Shown here: piece after piece, positions 41,043 to 55,040 of the stretch
Numbering within the stretch: position 1 is the first letter of the stretch
How the letters are laid out: the number at the start of each line of letters is the position of its first letter
Assembly: GCA_951406725.2 (NCBI GenBank)
Contig: OX597815.1
Coordinates: 170,128,001-170,192,000 of the forward strand
Length of the DNA: 64,000 bases
Origin: Octopus vulgaris
Lineage: Eukaryota
Direction of reading: 5' to 3'
Made by a program: the position numbers and the translations under genes
The notes under the pieces: model-generated
Told to the model about the DNA's origin: nothing
What the model saw: only the letters and a program-made list of their open reading frames with translations
Database searches by the model: none

Positions 41043-41471
41043 AATGTAATTTGAAGGTTGTATGAATGTTCCTTCATCAGCTTAGTATAATAAATTTATA
41101 CTTCAACAGAAATCGAACCCGGAGTCTTTCTCTTGTTTGTGTAAATTCAACGGCAGAACATGCATATGCATACATACATACATACATACATACACAAACC
41201 CACACATACACATCTATAATATATGCATACATATATGTGACCGGCTTCTACACAGTTTGAGTCCACCAAATTCACTCAGAATGCATTAGTCAGCTTCGGG
41301 GCTAAGGTTGAACACACTTGTCCAAGGTGCCGCGTGTTGGAACTTAACTGGGAAAGTAAGCCAATGCAAGCGAATTTCATAACTACAGATCCATACCTCG
41401 GCCTATATATATATATATAGATCAAGCTTACTTGGAAGTAGATGGCATTTGATCATATAATAATATAAATC

Positions 41472-41549
<78 letters not shown>

Positions 41550-41662
41550 ATATATATATATATATATATATATGGATATATACATACATATATATATATA
41601 TATATATTTAGTGAAGGGAAGAAATGGAGCCGAACGAAGATTCTACAAAATTCCTTTTTATT

Positions 41663-41748
41663 ATTTTCTACACATGTTTCAAAGGCTGCAAATTCCCAAA
41701 TTCGGATTGAATAAGGAGACCATTCTGCAGCTTTCTCTTCAGGAAAAT
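41663..41748 (-). ncRNA. Type-I hammerhead ribozyme (best-formed in the window)
   Basis: ATTTTC-CTGAAGA-GAAAGCTGCAGA...TTTGCAGCCTTT-GAAA-CATGT-GTA-GAAAAT: perfect 6-bp stem I, about 12-bp stem II (one mismatch), GUA cleavage triplet, ACATGT palindrome. Confidence 0.85.
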
Positions 41749-42360
41749 CCAGGAATTAAAAATCTCAAAACAAATGCGCAGCAAGCTTTTCGAACAAAAC
41801 GCTCCCTAGGAGCCCATGGTGAAAATGGCACAACACTGTCTCTCAATATGCGCTGACGTCAGAGTGGGTGAAGGCCGACGAAAAAAACCCGTTGGAATAA
41901 ACCTAGGTCAAACCACGGTGAAATCAGGTAGGGGAAGAATCACAGAAAGCCCAAAGAGTGTGAATATATTCTGTATAACTAGTGTTAATGTTCAAATTGT
42001 TTTAAGAATGACAGCTATCTTATTTGGGTGTGAGGAACTACCTACATGTATGTGTGTGTGTATGCGCCTATGTATGTGCGGCAGTATGTTAGGAAGCAGC
42101 TAGAGAGAAAATATATTGTATTGTAGACATTGCTGGTCAAGTGGCTGTGTCTGTGTGTTCGTCTATGACCAGTTTATATACAGATGACTTGTCAAAAACA
42201 AGGGGAGTATAATCCCTGATATTGTTTGTAAAAAAGTAGCAGAACATACGCTAAAAGGGGAGTAATTTCCCTTTCAAATTTAATTCAAAATTTTTCCCAA
42301 ATTTCTTCCAAACAATTTTTTTCTTTTCTTAGGACATCAAGGTGTTAATTATCTTAGTCT

Positions 42361-42849
42361 TCAATTGTATGCAAGAAATGTCAGTCGCCTCCAGTGGGGA
42401 CATCTGAAAGAGTGTTGCAAAATCCCGTTAACTAGCTGCCCTCGGGCGAACAAAATGTGAAAAAGTTCAGAGTTGCAGAGATTACAGATTCTTTTGCCCC
42501 TATCAAACGGTACAGCCACCGATAAAATCAACCATTCCAGTCTAAATGCTGAATTCGCGTTCTTCAAACGCCAGATTAGTTTACTTAGTCCGGTAGCGTG
42601 TTGTTTTTTAAAATCGCGAAAAGTTGTGAAGTGGTTCGATATTCTCACGGCCAATTTTGATGATGACGCTCCGATATACGAGTAAACATCCGATCCAGTA
42701 TAAACTCTGCATTGGTAAATGGCATTTCTAATCTTGGAATTACTAGATAAGAACCTTATTCTATTGGGATTGGCTTCCGATATTAAAACGGCGTTCTTAT
42801 TACTATTATGATTGTGAGAACTACGGCTGTCTTCGACATTATACACCCC
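42361..42849 (-). CDS. Penelope-type GIY-YIG endonuclease domain, no RT attached
   Basis: AIYQC..SYIGASS..RISNHFTTF..TGLSKLIWRLK..LEWLIL..CNLCNSE..LVN..CPH, the Neptune/Nematis-style PLE endonuclease pattern; frame unbroken. Confidence 0.85.
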   Translation of the reverse strand, partial: GVYNVEDSRSSHNHNSNKNAVLISEANPNRIRFLSSNSKIRNAIYQCRVYTGSDVYSYIGASSSKLAVRISNHFTTFRDFKKQHATGLSKLIWRLKNANSAFRLEWLILSVAVPFDRGKRICNLCNSELFHILFARGQLVNGILQHSFRCPHWRRLTFLAYN

Positions 42850-42959
42850 ATTGTTTCTTTCGTTGTCCGAAAAAAGTTCGCTTTCCATGTTTTTGTTGTT
42901 TTTTATGTTCTCGTATATCATTTTGTTCACATTTTTTTACGTCATGTACCCATATATGC

Positions 42960-43013
<54 letters not shown>

Positions 43014-43124
43014 GCATATATGGGTACATGACGTAAAAAAATGTGAACAAAATGAAATACGAGAACATAAAAAACAACAAAAACATGGAAAGCGAACTTT
43101 TTTTCGGACAACGAAAGAAACAAT
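42850..43124. repeat. 275-bp near-perfect palindrome centred on (TA)24
   Basis: Arms 42850-42962 and 43011-43124 differ by one substitution and one homopolymer indel. Confidence 0.97.
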
Positions 43125-43520
43125 TAGAGAAACGAGACAGGCAACATAAAGAATAATTCCTTCATCAGTTGTCACCCCGATTTATGCACACCGCGTTTCG
43201 AGCAATCAACGAGAATATGAGACTTCGAAGACAGTTGCTCTCATAACTTCCAAAATAAATTTTGGATTTTATGGAGAGTCAAATTTGGAGACAAAACAGG
43301 ATAGTGGAGAGATACTTAAAAACCGAACGAACACAAATATGTAGGGTCGTTAGACCAGAACGAGGAGAAAGATAGTGAACGCTGGAAGAAATATTTTCTT
43401 TGAAAAGATAAAAGATAAAAGAGAGCGATAAAGCCGTCCAGTCCTTAGAATGTTTGTGCTGGAAAACAAAGATGGTTATGTGAAGAAAAGAAAGATGGAC
43501 GATGGTCACGTGTAAGCAAT
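43011..43520 (-). mobile_element. pLTR-like non-coding repeat abutting (TA)n, with degenerate hammerhead-like boxes
   Basis: Minus strand GTTATGA-GAGCAA..TTGCTC-GAAACGCGGT and CTGATGA-AGGAAT/ATTCTT lacking GAAA. Confidence 0.45.
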
Positions 43521-43591
43521 GAGAGAGAGAGAAAAAGAGAAAGAGAGGGAGGGAGAGAGACAGCTAGAAAACTATGAAGAGGAGAAAAAGG

Positions 43592-43622
<31 letters not shown>

Positions 43623-43688
43623 GCTATGTGTATGTATGTATGTATGCATGTATATGTATGTTTATATACATATATGTAAATATATATA

Positions 43689-44075
43689 TCTCTCTCTCTA
43701 TATAAACGGCAGTTTGTCTGTGCGTGTTTCTGTGTGTCTGTTTGCTTGTACCCTTACCCTGACCACGGTTTTCAACCGATTCTGATGAAACTTGACACAA
43801 ACATAGCCCAATGTTGTAATTCAAAACTAACCGCAGCGAAAATTTTGAAAAGTTGCCCAGTTCTGAAAAAAATCGATAAATTCGACATGGGGTCGAGAAT
43901 CAGAAACACGAACCACAAACTGTCTAGGGGACGCAACTCCACCTTTTTTAAATCTCAAAAAAAAATTTACCATCATTTTTTTCCATTTTTTTGCTATTTT
44001 TTGGCTATAACTCTCTAAAAATGCTTTATAGTTATTTCCCTTACAAACCTGAGCAACGCCGGGCGATACTGCTAG
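43689..44075 (+). mobile_element. Non-autonomous Helitron
   Basis: A|TC 5' end, subterminal GTCTG-type repeats, 3' GC hairpin CCTGAGCAACGCCGGG (44048-44063), CTAG|T terminus, no TSD. Confidence 0.85.
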
Positions 44076-44141
44076 TATATATATATACGCGCCCACACAC
44101 ACACAGATATACATACATACACACACACAAAAGCACATGCA

Positions 44142-44174
<33 letters not shown>

Positions 44175-45155
44175 ATCTAATATGATATGATATTAAATTG
44201 ATTATTGATGCAAACTCATTAATAAGTAGAAATGGACCAAACATTTCTTTTCTTTGGTTGATGATGTGCCGACAGCATTGCATAACCGCAATAGACGATA
44301 AAAAAATCTACTACTAAAAGTCAATATTAGATAATATTGATACACAACTATATATTCATACACATAGAGACTGGATTTGTAATATACAGACGTGTGCAAA
44401 CATCATTCAAGTGCTTTGCATAGGTAAAGATATAGTCCTAAAAATACATACAAATACAAACATTTAAAATGTATTCGATTCATAAACACACACACAAGGT
44501 TAATAAGCATATACACATGCAACACGTGATGTCATCTGAAAAATTCACCCGGCATTTTATCAAATAATATCAATATTTGGTTTACCAAAATTTTCTATCG
44601 AGAAAAATTTCAAAAATTCCTCAATGAGTATTTTAAGAAAAAATAGCAAAAAATGACAAAACAACAAAGAAAGAAAGCAGTTACAAAAATATATATTAAC
44701 CCAAGAAAACAAAACGAAAAATAAATATACGGTAACGGAAAAAGAGCAAAAATAAAACGTATTAAACTAAAATAAATCAATGATTTGATGAACTTAAAGT
44801 ATTGACATTTTGTCAGTGAAGCAAAGAGGCGAATAAAAATCTATTAACTAAAATAAAAATAAAGGCGACAAGTATAATTCTATTTGTGATATAGCGGAAT
44901 TGGATTAAACGGTTATCAGGAAGAGAATGGATGTTTCTGGCGACGTCAAATGCCAATCTGTCAGCTTAATCGACGAGGGTAATATGTCAAACATTTAATT
45001 TATAGAAATTATCTTTATATATGACATATAACGACGTCATGACACATATGTACACGCGTCAACATGCACTCGCGCACATACACACACATGCACACACATA
45101 TGTGTGTGCGCGTATACATACATATTTATACATATACATATTATACACATATGCA

Positions 45156-45308
<153 letters not shown>

Positions 45309-45879
45309 GTCTATCGATCTATCTATCTGTCTATATTCGAGAGAAAATGTAGCAGAATCTACAGGTGTTCTGGTTATGTTTTACAAATTTCTCACAATGG
45401 AAGCGGAAAATGAACTGGTTTCTAACCCAGAGACAAAGAAGTTTCGTTTGAAGTTTAGAGACCATCGACCGGAGTAATGTTTGTACATGTGTTATTTACA
45501 TATGTATGTATGTATGTATGTATGTATGTTTGTATGTATGTATGTATGTATGTATGTCAGTCATACATACATGTCACTTTGGAATTTCAACATCAACAAC
45601 AGGGTATTTTTGTTTGTATGCTTTTTATGTATGCATATGTGCTGATTTATATGTTTTGCTTTATGTATGAATGTATGTATGTAGGTATGCTCGTATGTAT
45701 ATATGCTCATGTGCATGTATGTATGCATATATGTATGCATGTATGTATGTGTGTCTGTCTGTTTGTATGTATTATGTATGTATGTATCTCTTTTTTATTT
45801 AGAGTTAGCTTTGACCGGCCAGCTGCTTGGTAAAGAAAGCATCTAGTTTTGTTCGCTATCCTTTAAACCTTAAGGACTT

Positions 45880-46748
<869 letters not shown>

Positions 46749-46957
46749 GTGTATGTATGTATCTTTGTATGTATGTATGCAGGTAGATAGATAGGTATTT
46801 TATCTATAGACATACACACACGCAAAGATACAAATGTATATATTTGTATCTAAGCTTGAATATATGCATTGATGTTTCTACATAAAGACGTGCATGTGAA
46901 TATCTGCATCCAAGCATGGTGGTTATTGCATGTGTAAATATGCATGATTTGCTTAAT

Positions 46958-47170
46958 GTAAGAGGCGCGCTCAAAAATATACGACTTCTTTTTTCCCCGC
47001 CAAAATTTATATTCCGTGGGCAAAATCATTTGGCTAGGAGGTGATGCAACCCTTTGTGCGCATGCGCAAAAATTTTCGCACCGGGTGGCCGCCATGTTAT
47101 AAAAGTAGAGAGCGTAAAATGAACTGTTTTCCGAAATAAATATACGCTTCATTTTAAGTTTCAGGCAAGC
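46958..47170 (+). promoter_or_regulatory. GC-rich promoter-like patch (NRF1 and YY1 motifs), probably the 5' end of a mariner element
   Basis: GCGCATGCGC near 47058 and GCCGCCATGTT near 47088; begins TAAGAGGCGCGCTCAAAAA (mariner TIR-like) and is followed by an ATG. Confidence 0.45.
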
Positions 47171-48803
47171 TATAATCTGTAGAACCTGTCAGCTATGAGT
47201 GCTATGTTTTTATAGCAGAGACAGCTATAAGCTAATGAAGTGGTTACGTAAGTCATGTGTTTTTTGCCATCTATTAATTGATATTATGCTTTGTACACTC
47301 TCCTAATGCTTTACTCTAACGCATGAATATATTAACTTCTAACATAATTGTTTCGTTATATGTAAGTGGAGTCATAAATAAAAGTGAAGCTATATTCGTG
47401 ATGGAGGATGTGCAGATTTCATATTGTTGCTGCAAGGACGTATTATTTTCACTAATATTTCAGTTAACATCTCCTGAGCAAAAGATTTCTCGTATGGTGT
47501 ATAATTTCTATGGTTTCTCCTAGATAATTAATATAGTGTATTGTGCTTGAAGTTCAATGAGGTCTTGTTAAAAAAAAAGCTCTCCCAGTATATTTCAAAC
47601 TTTGATAGAACAAACCTTTCCACCATATCGCTATAACTTATATCCTCAGGGTTATCTGTATACAGATCACACTTTACTTTGTTTCGGTCACGACATCATG
47701 ACTGAAATGTAACTAATGCAGGGATGACTTTCTCAATGTTAATGTCTGCATTAATTAAGTGCTATAGCTACCTCCATATTTCTGTATGCATGCACTATCT
47801 GTAAGTATGTATGTATATATATATATGCATGTATGTATGCATGTGTGTATGTGCAAACATATATACACAATCGCGCGTGCACACCCACACATACATACCC
47901 ACATATATTTATATGAAATTTAATTCAAACAGCACTCAACACACAACTATAAGTAGAAAGAAGATATATCTAGTTCAACACTGCTTTGTAGATTATATGT
48001 CATTTCTAATATGGTAAAACATTTTCAAGACCTACTACATAAACGTGTTTCTACAAACTATTCAATACAAATAGTGAAGGTTAACTATACTTGAGTAGTA
48101 AAGCTCTCCTCTTCACTATGAATGATGAACAGAAGTAATCATAAAAAAAACCTCCACAAATGCAAATGTGTGCAACCTTCCATGTTTCTGTAATTGTTAT
48201 ATCATTAATTCTTCTCCTGGAATGCAAAGTGCTTACCGCTATATTAAATCATAGTCTCTTTACCTGCTTGTGTAGACAGAAACTATATTGATCTTGTGAC
48301 TAGCACATTTAAAAATCGATATTATCAACACCTTATCTCTTTTCGACATCCAGAACCAATACGTCGTTGTCGAATTATGTCTGAAGCCTTAAAACTGATC
48401 AATCCTCATGCGAAGTTAACCGACTGACGCCAATTGCCTTGCCGAAAAATTAATATCCTCAAAATATTGTTATTCTATAAAATACGAAATCTAGGTTAAT
48501 TTCAAAATATTGAAATATAGATTGTAAATTGTGAGACAATCCCAAATAGAGAATGGATAAATTTTCAGATTTGAAACGTCTCCTCACAAACCAAACAATA
48601 AATTTACGTAAAATGATTTTAAAGAAAGCGTTTATGTATTTGTTTTGCAAGATGTGATATCGTGTGTTGAAACAGATATTGTATAATTTTAAGATAGTAA
48701 TTTTTCTTTGCCAAATAAACACACGCGCTATATGTTCATTCTTTACTTCCGATTTATTATTGTTCTTATTTTTTTATTGCCTTTTGTCTGAAAATCATAA
48801 CAG

Positions 48804-48901
48804 GAGGAGAAGCCTGGGATGTAGAATTGCTGAAGAGGTCACAGATTGTGTGAGGAAAGATTTCCAGACAAAGGACATTGAATCAAGAACAATAATAAAT
48901 C
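48804..48901 (+). other. Candidate plus-strand exon (98 nt)
   Basis: T-rich tract, ACAG|G acceptor, ATC|GTAAGT donor, purine-rich body, one open frame. Confidence 0.35.
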
Positions 48902-49013
48902 GTAAGTGAAGAACGAATATATAGTGCATGTGCCTATTTGGTAAAATAAAATAATGACCGTCCCAAAATATAACTATGCGTTTAGAGAAAATATTTTCCG
49001 AAAATAAGCATGT

Positions 49014-49398
49014 AGGCGTAGGAGTGGCTGTGTGGTAAGTAGCATGTTTACGAACCACATGGTTCCGGGTTCAGTCCTAATGTGTGGCATCTTGGGCAAG
49101 TGTCTTCTACTATAGCCTCGGGCTGACCAAAGGCTTGTGAGTGGATTTGGTAGATGGAAACTGAGAGAAACCCGTCGTATATATATATGTGTGTGTGTGT
49201 GTATATGTTTGTGTGTCTGTGTTTGTGTGCCTGTGTTTGTTCCCCCAACATCGATTGACAACCCATGCCGGTGTGTTTACGTTGCCGTAACTTAGCGGTT
49301 CGGCAAAAGGGAACCGATAGAATAAGTATTAGGCTTACAAGCAATAAGTCCTGGGGTCGATTTGCTCGACTGAAGGTTGTAAAAGTAAAAGTAAAAGA
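49014..49398 (+). mobile_element. tRNA-derived SINE, group C
   Basis: GGAGTGGCTGTGTGGTAAG head, GGTTCAGTCC, CORE-like CTTGGGCAAGTGTCTT, internal (TG)n, GTAAAA-repeat tail. Confidence 0.9.
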
Positions 49399-49856
49399 GA
49401 AGACGGAGACTACGTAAAATCATTGAAACGCAAATGTAGAATGAGTGACGTTCCATCCTTCAATCTCTCGATAATTGTAGCAACTTTAGTTTTTATCTCC
49501 GCAACAGAGAGTGACTCAATAAAGCATTGATATATTGAGCAAGAGTTTTTTTTTTCTCCTGCTGTTATTCACGGGAGTTATATCGATCCTCAATCAAAAA
49601 TTTTCCAGAAAAGAAAACTAGATTAGTTGGTTATCTTTTATTTGCTTCAGCTATTAGAGTGCAGCTGTGCTCCAGCATAGCCAAGAAGAATTTTTTAGCT
49701 GAATGAATCGACCTCAGTATTTTCAGTTTTTTAAAGTCTCTTTAACTAACAGCTAAGTTACGGGGACGTAACAACACCAACACCTTTTTTAAAGCAGTGG
49801 TCGGGACAAACACAGACACATACATATATACATACATACATACATGCATGCATATT

Positions 49857-50245
49857 CATTTATTCTTTTATTCTTTTATTTGTTTCAGTGATTAGATTGT
49901 GACCATGCTGGAGCACCGCCTTTAGTCGAACAAAATGACCCCAAATGTATTCTATCGGCTCTTTTGCTGAACCGCTAAGTTACGCGGACGTAAGCACACC
50001 GACATCAATTGTCAAGCGAAGGTGGGGGCACAAACAGGTACACAAACAAACACACACACAGACACAAACACATACACATATATACGACAGGTTGTTTCAG
50101 TTCCCGTATACCAAATCAACTCACAAGGCTTTGGTCGGCCCGAAGCTATAGTAGAAGACACTTGCCCAAGGTGCCACGCAGTGGGACTGAACCTAGAAAC
50201 ATGTGGATAGTAAGCAAGCTACTTATACAGCCACTCCTGCGCCTA
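49857..50245 (-). mobile_element. Group C SINE; partial copies also at 41240-41404, 49640-49820 and 50490-50650 (minus)
   Basis: Reverse-complement match to 58428-58835. Confidence 0.9.
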
Positions 50246-50334
50246 TTACACACACACACACACAAACACACACGCACGCACATACACACACACACACAAA
50301 CACACAGACGTACATGTAGAGAAATTTTGATATG

Positions 50335-50448
50335 ATATTGAGAATAACATGGTAGTCAGAATGTTGGATGATTATATATATTTTTATTTACATTTTTAGC
50401 ACTTTCTACTGTTATCCGACATCCTGACTACCTTATTATTCTCAATAT
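50335..50448. repeat. Short fold-back element next to (TA)n
   Basis: 35-bp arms 50335-50369 and 50414-50448, 31/35 complementary. Confidence 0.85.
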
Positions 50449-50451
50449 ATG

Positions 50452-50492
<41 letters not shown>

Positions 50493-52553
50493 GACAGGCT
50501 TCTTTCAGTTTCTATCTACCGAATCTCAGAAGGTTTTGGTCGATCCGAAGATATAGTAGAAGACACTTGGTGTAGGTGCTACGCAGTGGGACTGAACTTA
50601 GAACCGTGTGTTTGGGAAGCAAACTTCTTTCCATAAAGCCATATCTGCGCATATGTAAACATCTGCATAAACGTTTTACCAAATAGAGACAAGGGAAATA
50701 CATCAAAAATATTATCACCTTAAACTTGCTGTAAATTTTAATAGTTACAACATAACTTTTTACGTTCACTAAAATGATATAAATGTTTATCTAATTTTCA
50801 GTTTTACTTGCGTTTCTGTATTTGCAATAATAGATTCTTCTCTTGTTCCTTCATCTACACCAATCACCCAATACTTCTGTAATCAACCAATTCTATTAAA
50901 TTCTTATCAATTAGTTTGATAATTATTATTGTATCTTTAATTATCTAATTGCATTTTTATCTTTTAATTTCTTAAATAATTGATCATAAATGCTGACTAT
51001 GAAGTAAAATACACCACCCAAGTTTTAATTAACTTCTAATTTTCAAATGAACCTTGTACGAATGTATATATATTGCGATATATAAATGCTTTCGTGAATG
51101 AAACCTATGAAAGAGAGAAAGGTATATTTCCAAACGGATAGAGATAAAGATACTGTTAGACACATAAATAGAAATACATGCATACAGTTAAGAATTTGGT
51201 ATGGAGATAGGTAACCAAACAAAAATTATAAATATGCATATGCATATGAACATGCGAGGGTACATGGTTAGGTTGCTGAAGTCAAGATTGGTAGATCGTG
51301 GTTTCAATTCCTAGATCGGGTGGTGCGTTTTGTTCTTGAGCGAAACACCTCATCTCACATTGCTCTGCGATCATTTCATTACTCCTCCTTGTTTTGTAGC
51401 TATGCACTCGCGCATACGCACACACATATGCACGCACACCACACACACACACATGCACACACACACACGCACGCACGCATATGTGCGTTTTGCTATACCT
51501 ATCTATCTATCTATCTATCTATATATATATATATTATATATATATTTAAATAAGCAGAAAAGGAAGAAATGTTTCATCAACAAACAAATTGACCAACATC
51601 GGCTAATTATTTTTTAATTATTTATTTGTTTGCAAATACAGTACCTAAGTTACACCTTCAGATTCAAACCTATTATTATTGGAGCAACAGGAAATATACT
51701 AATCCGTCTAAAATAATATACGGTTGAATTTGGGATCATGGGGAGAGAACGGAAATTCTTAATTCATAAACTTGAAAGGAACACAGTAACTGGGACTATA
51801 AGAATTTGCAAGACATTCTTAAGATTTAAAGGATGATGGCTAAAAGGAGATACTTTTCTTCACAACCTTGCTACCAAGTAGGTGGTTGGTCAAAATGTAT
51901 TCTAAATTAAAAAGGGAAAGAGAACACACACACACACACACACGGGTGTAGATGGGATGAGCATGCATGTAGATGCATGTATATCTGTGGTTAACATACG
52001 TGTGTCTGCTGTTATTTAAAAAAAGATCAATTGTGCGAATGGTATACATATATAAACAGCAAGGCTAAGAACGTCTTATAATCACAATATGCCACATTTA
52101 GAAACCTTTATAACACACATGAAGGACCAGAAATTTTGGGACGAGTAAACAAAACCTCGTAATTGCCTGATGCATTACGTTAAAGACATTGAATGAATGA
52201 AAAGTAAATTTGACTTCGGTCGGATTTGAACTCACAAAGTTTGAACAAATATCGTAAGAGATTTTATTCAAAGCTTTAGCGATTCTGCTGTCCAACATAC
52301 AATATAAATCATCCAATGATAATATCTTCTCCATTTGAGTGCTTCTAGATAGTCACCTCTAGTGCGAGATGTAGTTGCAAAATCTCCTTCAAAATCACAC
52401 GACTACTTTTGATAACAGAAGGGCATATTCGATGAATGACGTTCTGACAGGCTAAGTAGGAAAATCAAAACAAAACGGACGGCGTTTTTGATCAAAAGAT
52501 CTTGCTCTATCGTAGATAGCTTGGGGCTAGGCAACGACAACATCCTCGTATTC

Positions 52554-52798
52554 CTGATGATGATGGTGATGGTGATGATGATGATGATGATGATAATGAT
52601 GATGATGATGATGATGATGATGGCGAGGTGGATGAGGAGGATGGTGATGATGATGATGATGATGAAAATGATGATGTTGATGAAAATGATGATGAAAATG
52701 ATGGTGGATGATCCTCATCACTATTACCATCATCCACATTCTCATCATCGTTATCGTTATCATCATCATCATCATCATCATTATCGTCATCATCATCG

Positions 52799-52832
<34 letters not shown>

Positions 52833-53022
52833 TCTTTTCAATAAGCGCAACAAAGAGGTAATAATAATAACAATGTAAACCCGAAATGACAACTTAACAG
52901 TAGCAGCGACGTTGATGTTGCTGTTGTTGTTGTTGATGATGATGATGAGTATGATGATGACGATGATGATGATTATGATGGTGATGATAAAAGTAGCAAC
53001 AGTAACAACAATGATAAAAATT

Positions 53023-53120
<98 letters not shown>

Positions 53121-53190
53121 AATAATAATAATCAAAATAACAGCGATAGCAGCAATGGTGATGATGATGATGATGATGATGATGATGACG
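52554..53190. repeat. (ATG)n / (CAT)n / (AAT)n trinucleotide complex
   Basis: Direct reading; source of the poly-M/H/I ORFs. Confidence 0.95.
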
Positions 53191-53789
53191 ATAGGATATT
53201 TTTTTTACTTTATTTTAATTTAATTCATTAGAAATCTAACTCCGAGCTGTCTCTTTTGATTAAGAAAGATTTACGATGCAGAGAGAAAGAATGAAAAAAA
53301 AACCAAACAAACAACCCTCAAAAACAATGATTTTTTATAAACAGACGGATGAGAACCAAAACGAAAAAAAAAATTCAAATAATACAATCAAATTAACAAT
53401 GATAAAATATCAGTTTAGTGGTGGTGGCCGTGCCTTTCGGCGAACTAAATTATCAGTATGTCTACATTAAGACGTAAACACATATGAATCTGTATGAATA
53501 AACAACTAGACATACAAACATCGAAACGTATGTAGCCCAAAACACAATATATAAGAATGCTTGATGGATTAGCTAATACATGTTTACATGCTAATAGTCG
53601 TTTATTTGTTCGTTATATGAAAGAACAGCTGTAGTCAACATAGAATGATTAATATTTGCATTTCTAAGATATCCAATAGAAAGAAGTGCAAAAATTAATG
53701 ATTGCAGTAAAAGGATACATACATGCATATATAGTTTTATAGTTTGTTCGCGTGTGTTTATATATATATATATATATACATATATATAT

Positions 53790-53840
<51 letters not shown>

Positions 53841-53841
53841 C

Positions 53842-53897
<56 letters not shown>

Positions 53898-53934
53898 GTA
53901 TATAAATGTATGTATATATACATGCATGTATATA

Positions 53935-54143
53935 CACAAGGGCGGGCTGAAAGGTTCCTGGTCTTAAATGTATCGCGAAAGACCTGGTTGGAAACCAACA
54001 TTCCGAGTTCTTTTACAGGGCTTACAAAAACTGAAGGGCCGCTGTACTAAGTGCGTGAATCTGAGAGGGGAATATATTGAATAAAATCACAATTAACTGT
54101 ATTTTCTTTTACCCAAACCCCGGAACTTTTTAGCACCCCTTCG

Positions 54144-54145
<2 letters not shown>
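53935..54145 (+). mobile_element. Mariner deletion derivative (MITE)
   Basis: Imperfect TIRs (CACAAGGGCGGGCTGAAAGGTTCC / reverse of TACGAAGGGGTGCTAAAAAGTTCC), TA flanks, transposase C-terminus [20 protein letters not shown]. Confidence 0.88.
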
Positions 54146-54175
<30 letters not shown>

Positions 54176-54309
54176 TTCCAGATTCGGTAATTTGGTAAAT
54201 AAGGGGTTCAACGTTGATTCTATGTCAGCGTGTGTATATAACAATTTTTTGCGTCATGAGATAAAAAAACCAAGGGTGTGTAGATATTAGAACATTTAAC
54301 ATATACATA

Positions 54310-54395
<86 letters not shown>

Positions 54396-54696
54396 TGTAT
54401 GTGTGCGCGCACACACAACCACACGCTGGGTTTGAAAATGGAGTGGTTGGAGCAATGGGTGTGTAATTCAACGAATGGGAAGGATTGTGATATGAGATCC
54501 CAAATCAGAGTCAATGGTTTTGTATCCAATGAGTTAATTTGATAGAGATGAAGGTTTCGAAACGCGGAGCCAAAAATATTGGAAATTTGCCAATGAAACA
54601 AATAACTTTTAGCGATTGTTGACTTAGCTCCTTTCTAAGCTTTTAACGCATTCCTTTCGTTCAGAACTGAATAGAGCTAGAGGTTGGGCCATTTAC

Positions 54697-54730
<34 letters not shown>

Positions 54731-54820
54731 AACACACACACAAACACACGCACACACATTATATAATACCGAGAAGAAAACATGCTGAACGGACGTTCTT
54801 TTAACGAGGTACCTCTTGTA

Positions 54821-54926
54821 ATCACCTGAAGAGACACACCTACAACGACAGATACTCCTAAACCAGTTGTTCAATATCCCACCCGCGAGAGGTCGATGTT
54901 AGATGGGTCGAAACAATTGTAATGAT
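54821..54926 (+). ncRNA. Type-I hammerhead motif with extended stem/loop II, in a pLTR-like insert (about 54760-54973)
   Basis: ATCAC-CTGAAGA-GACACACCTA...TAGATGGGTC-GAAA-CAATT-GTA-ATGAT: palindromic ACAATTGT and GUA triplet; the first stem I pair is a C/A mismatch. Confidence 0.75.
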
Positions 54927-54969
54927 CAATAAACATTCTCGTATATTCCATCTTCCGTCTATCTTATTA

Positions 54970-55040
<71 letters not shown>

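Larger units (their letters stand above)
41590..42849 (-). mobile_element. Penelope-like element 3' portion (GIY-YIG endonuclease, 3' UTR, hammerhead), ending in (TA)n
   Basis: The endonuclease frame and the downstream hammerhead are on the same strand. Confidence 0.85.

Noticed and set aside
48825-48870. CTGAAGA...GAAAGATTTC as a hammerhead
   Set aside because: Stem II does not close next to the core boxes and stems I and III are poor.
52488-53223. Poly-Met/His/Ile protein
   Set aside because: Trinucleotide microsatellites with no splice or domain support.
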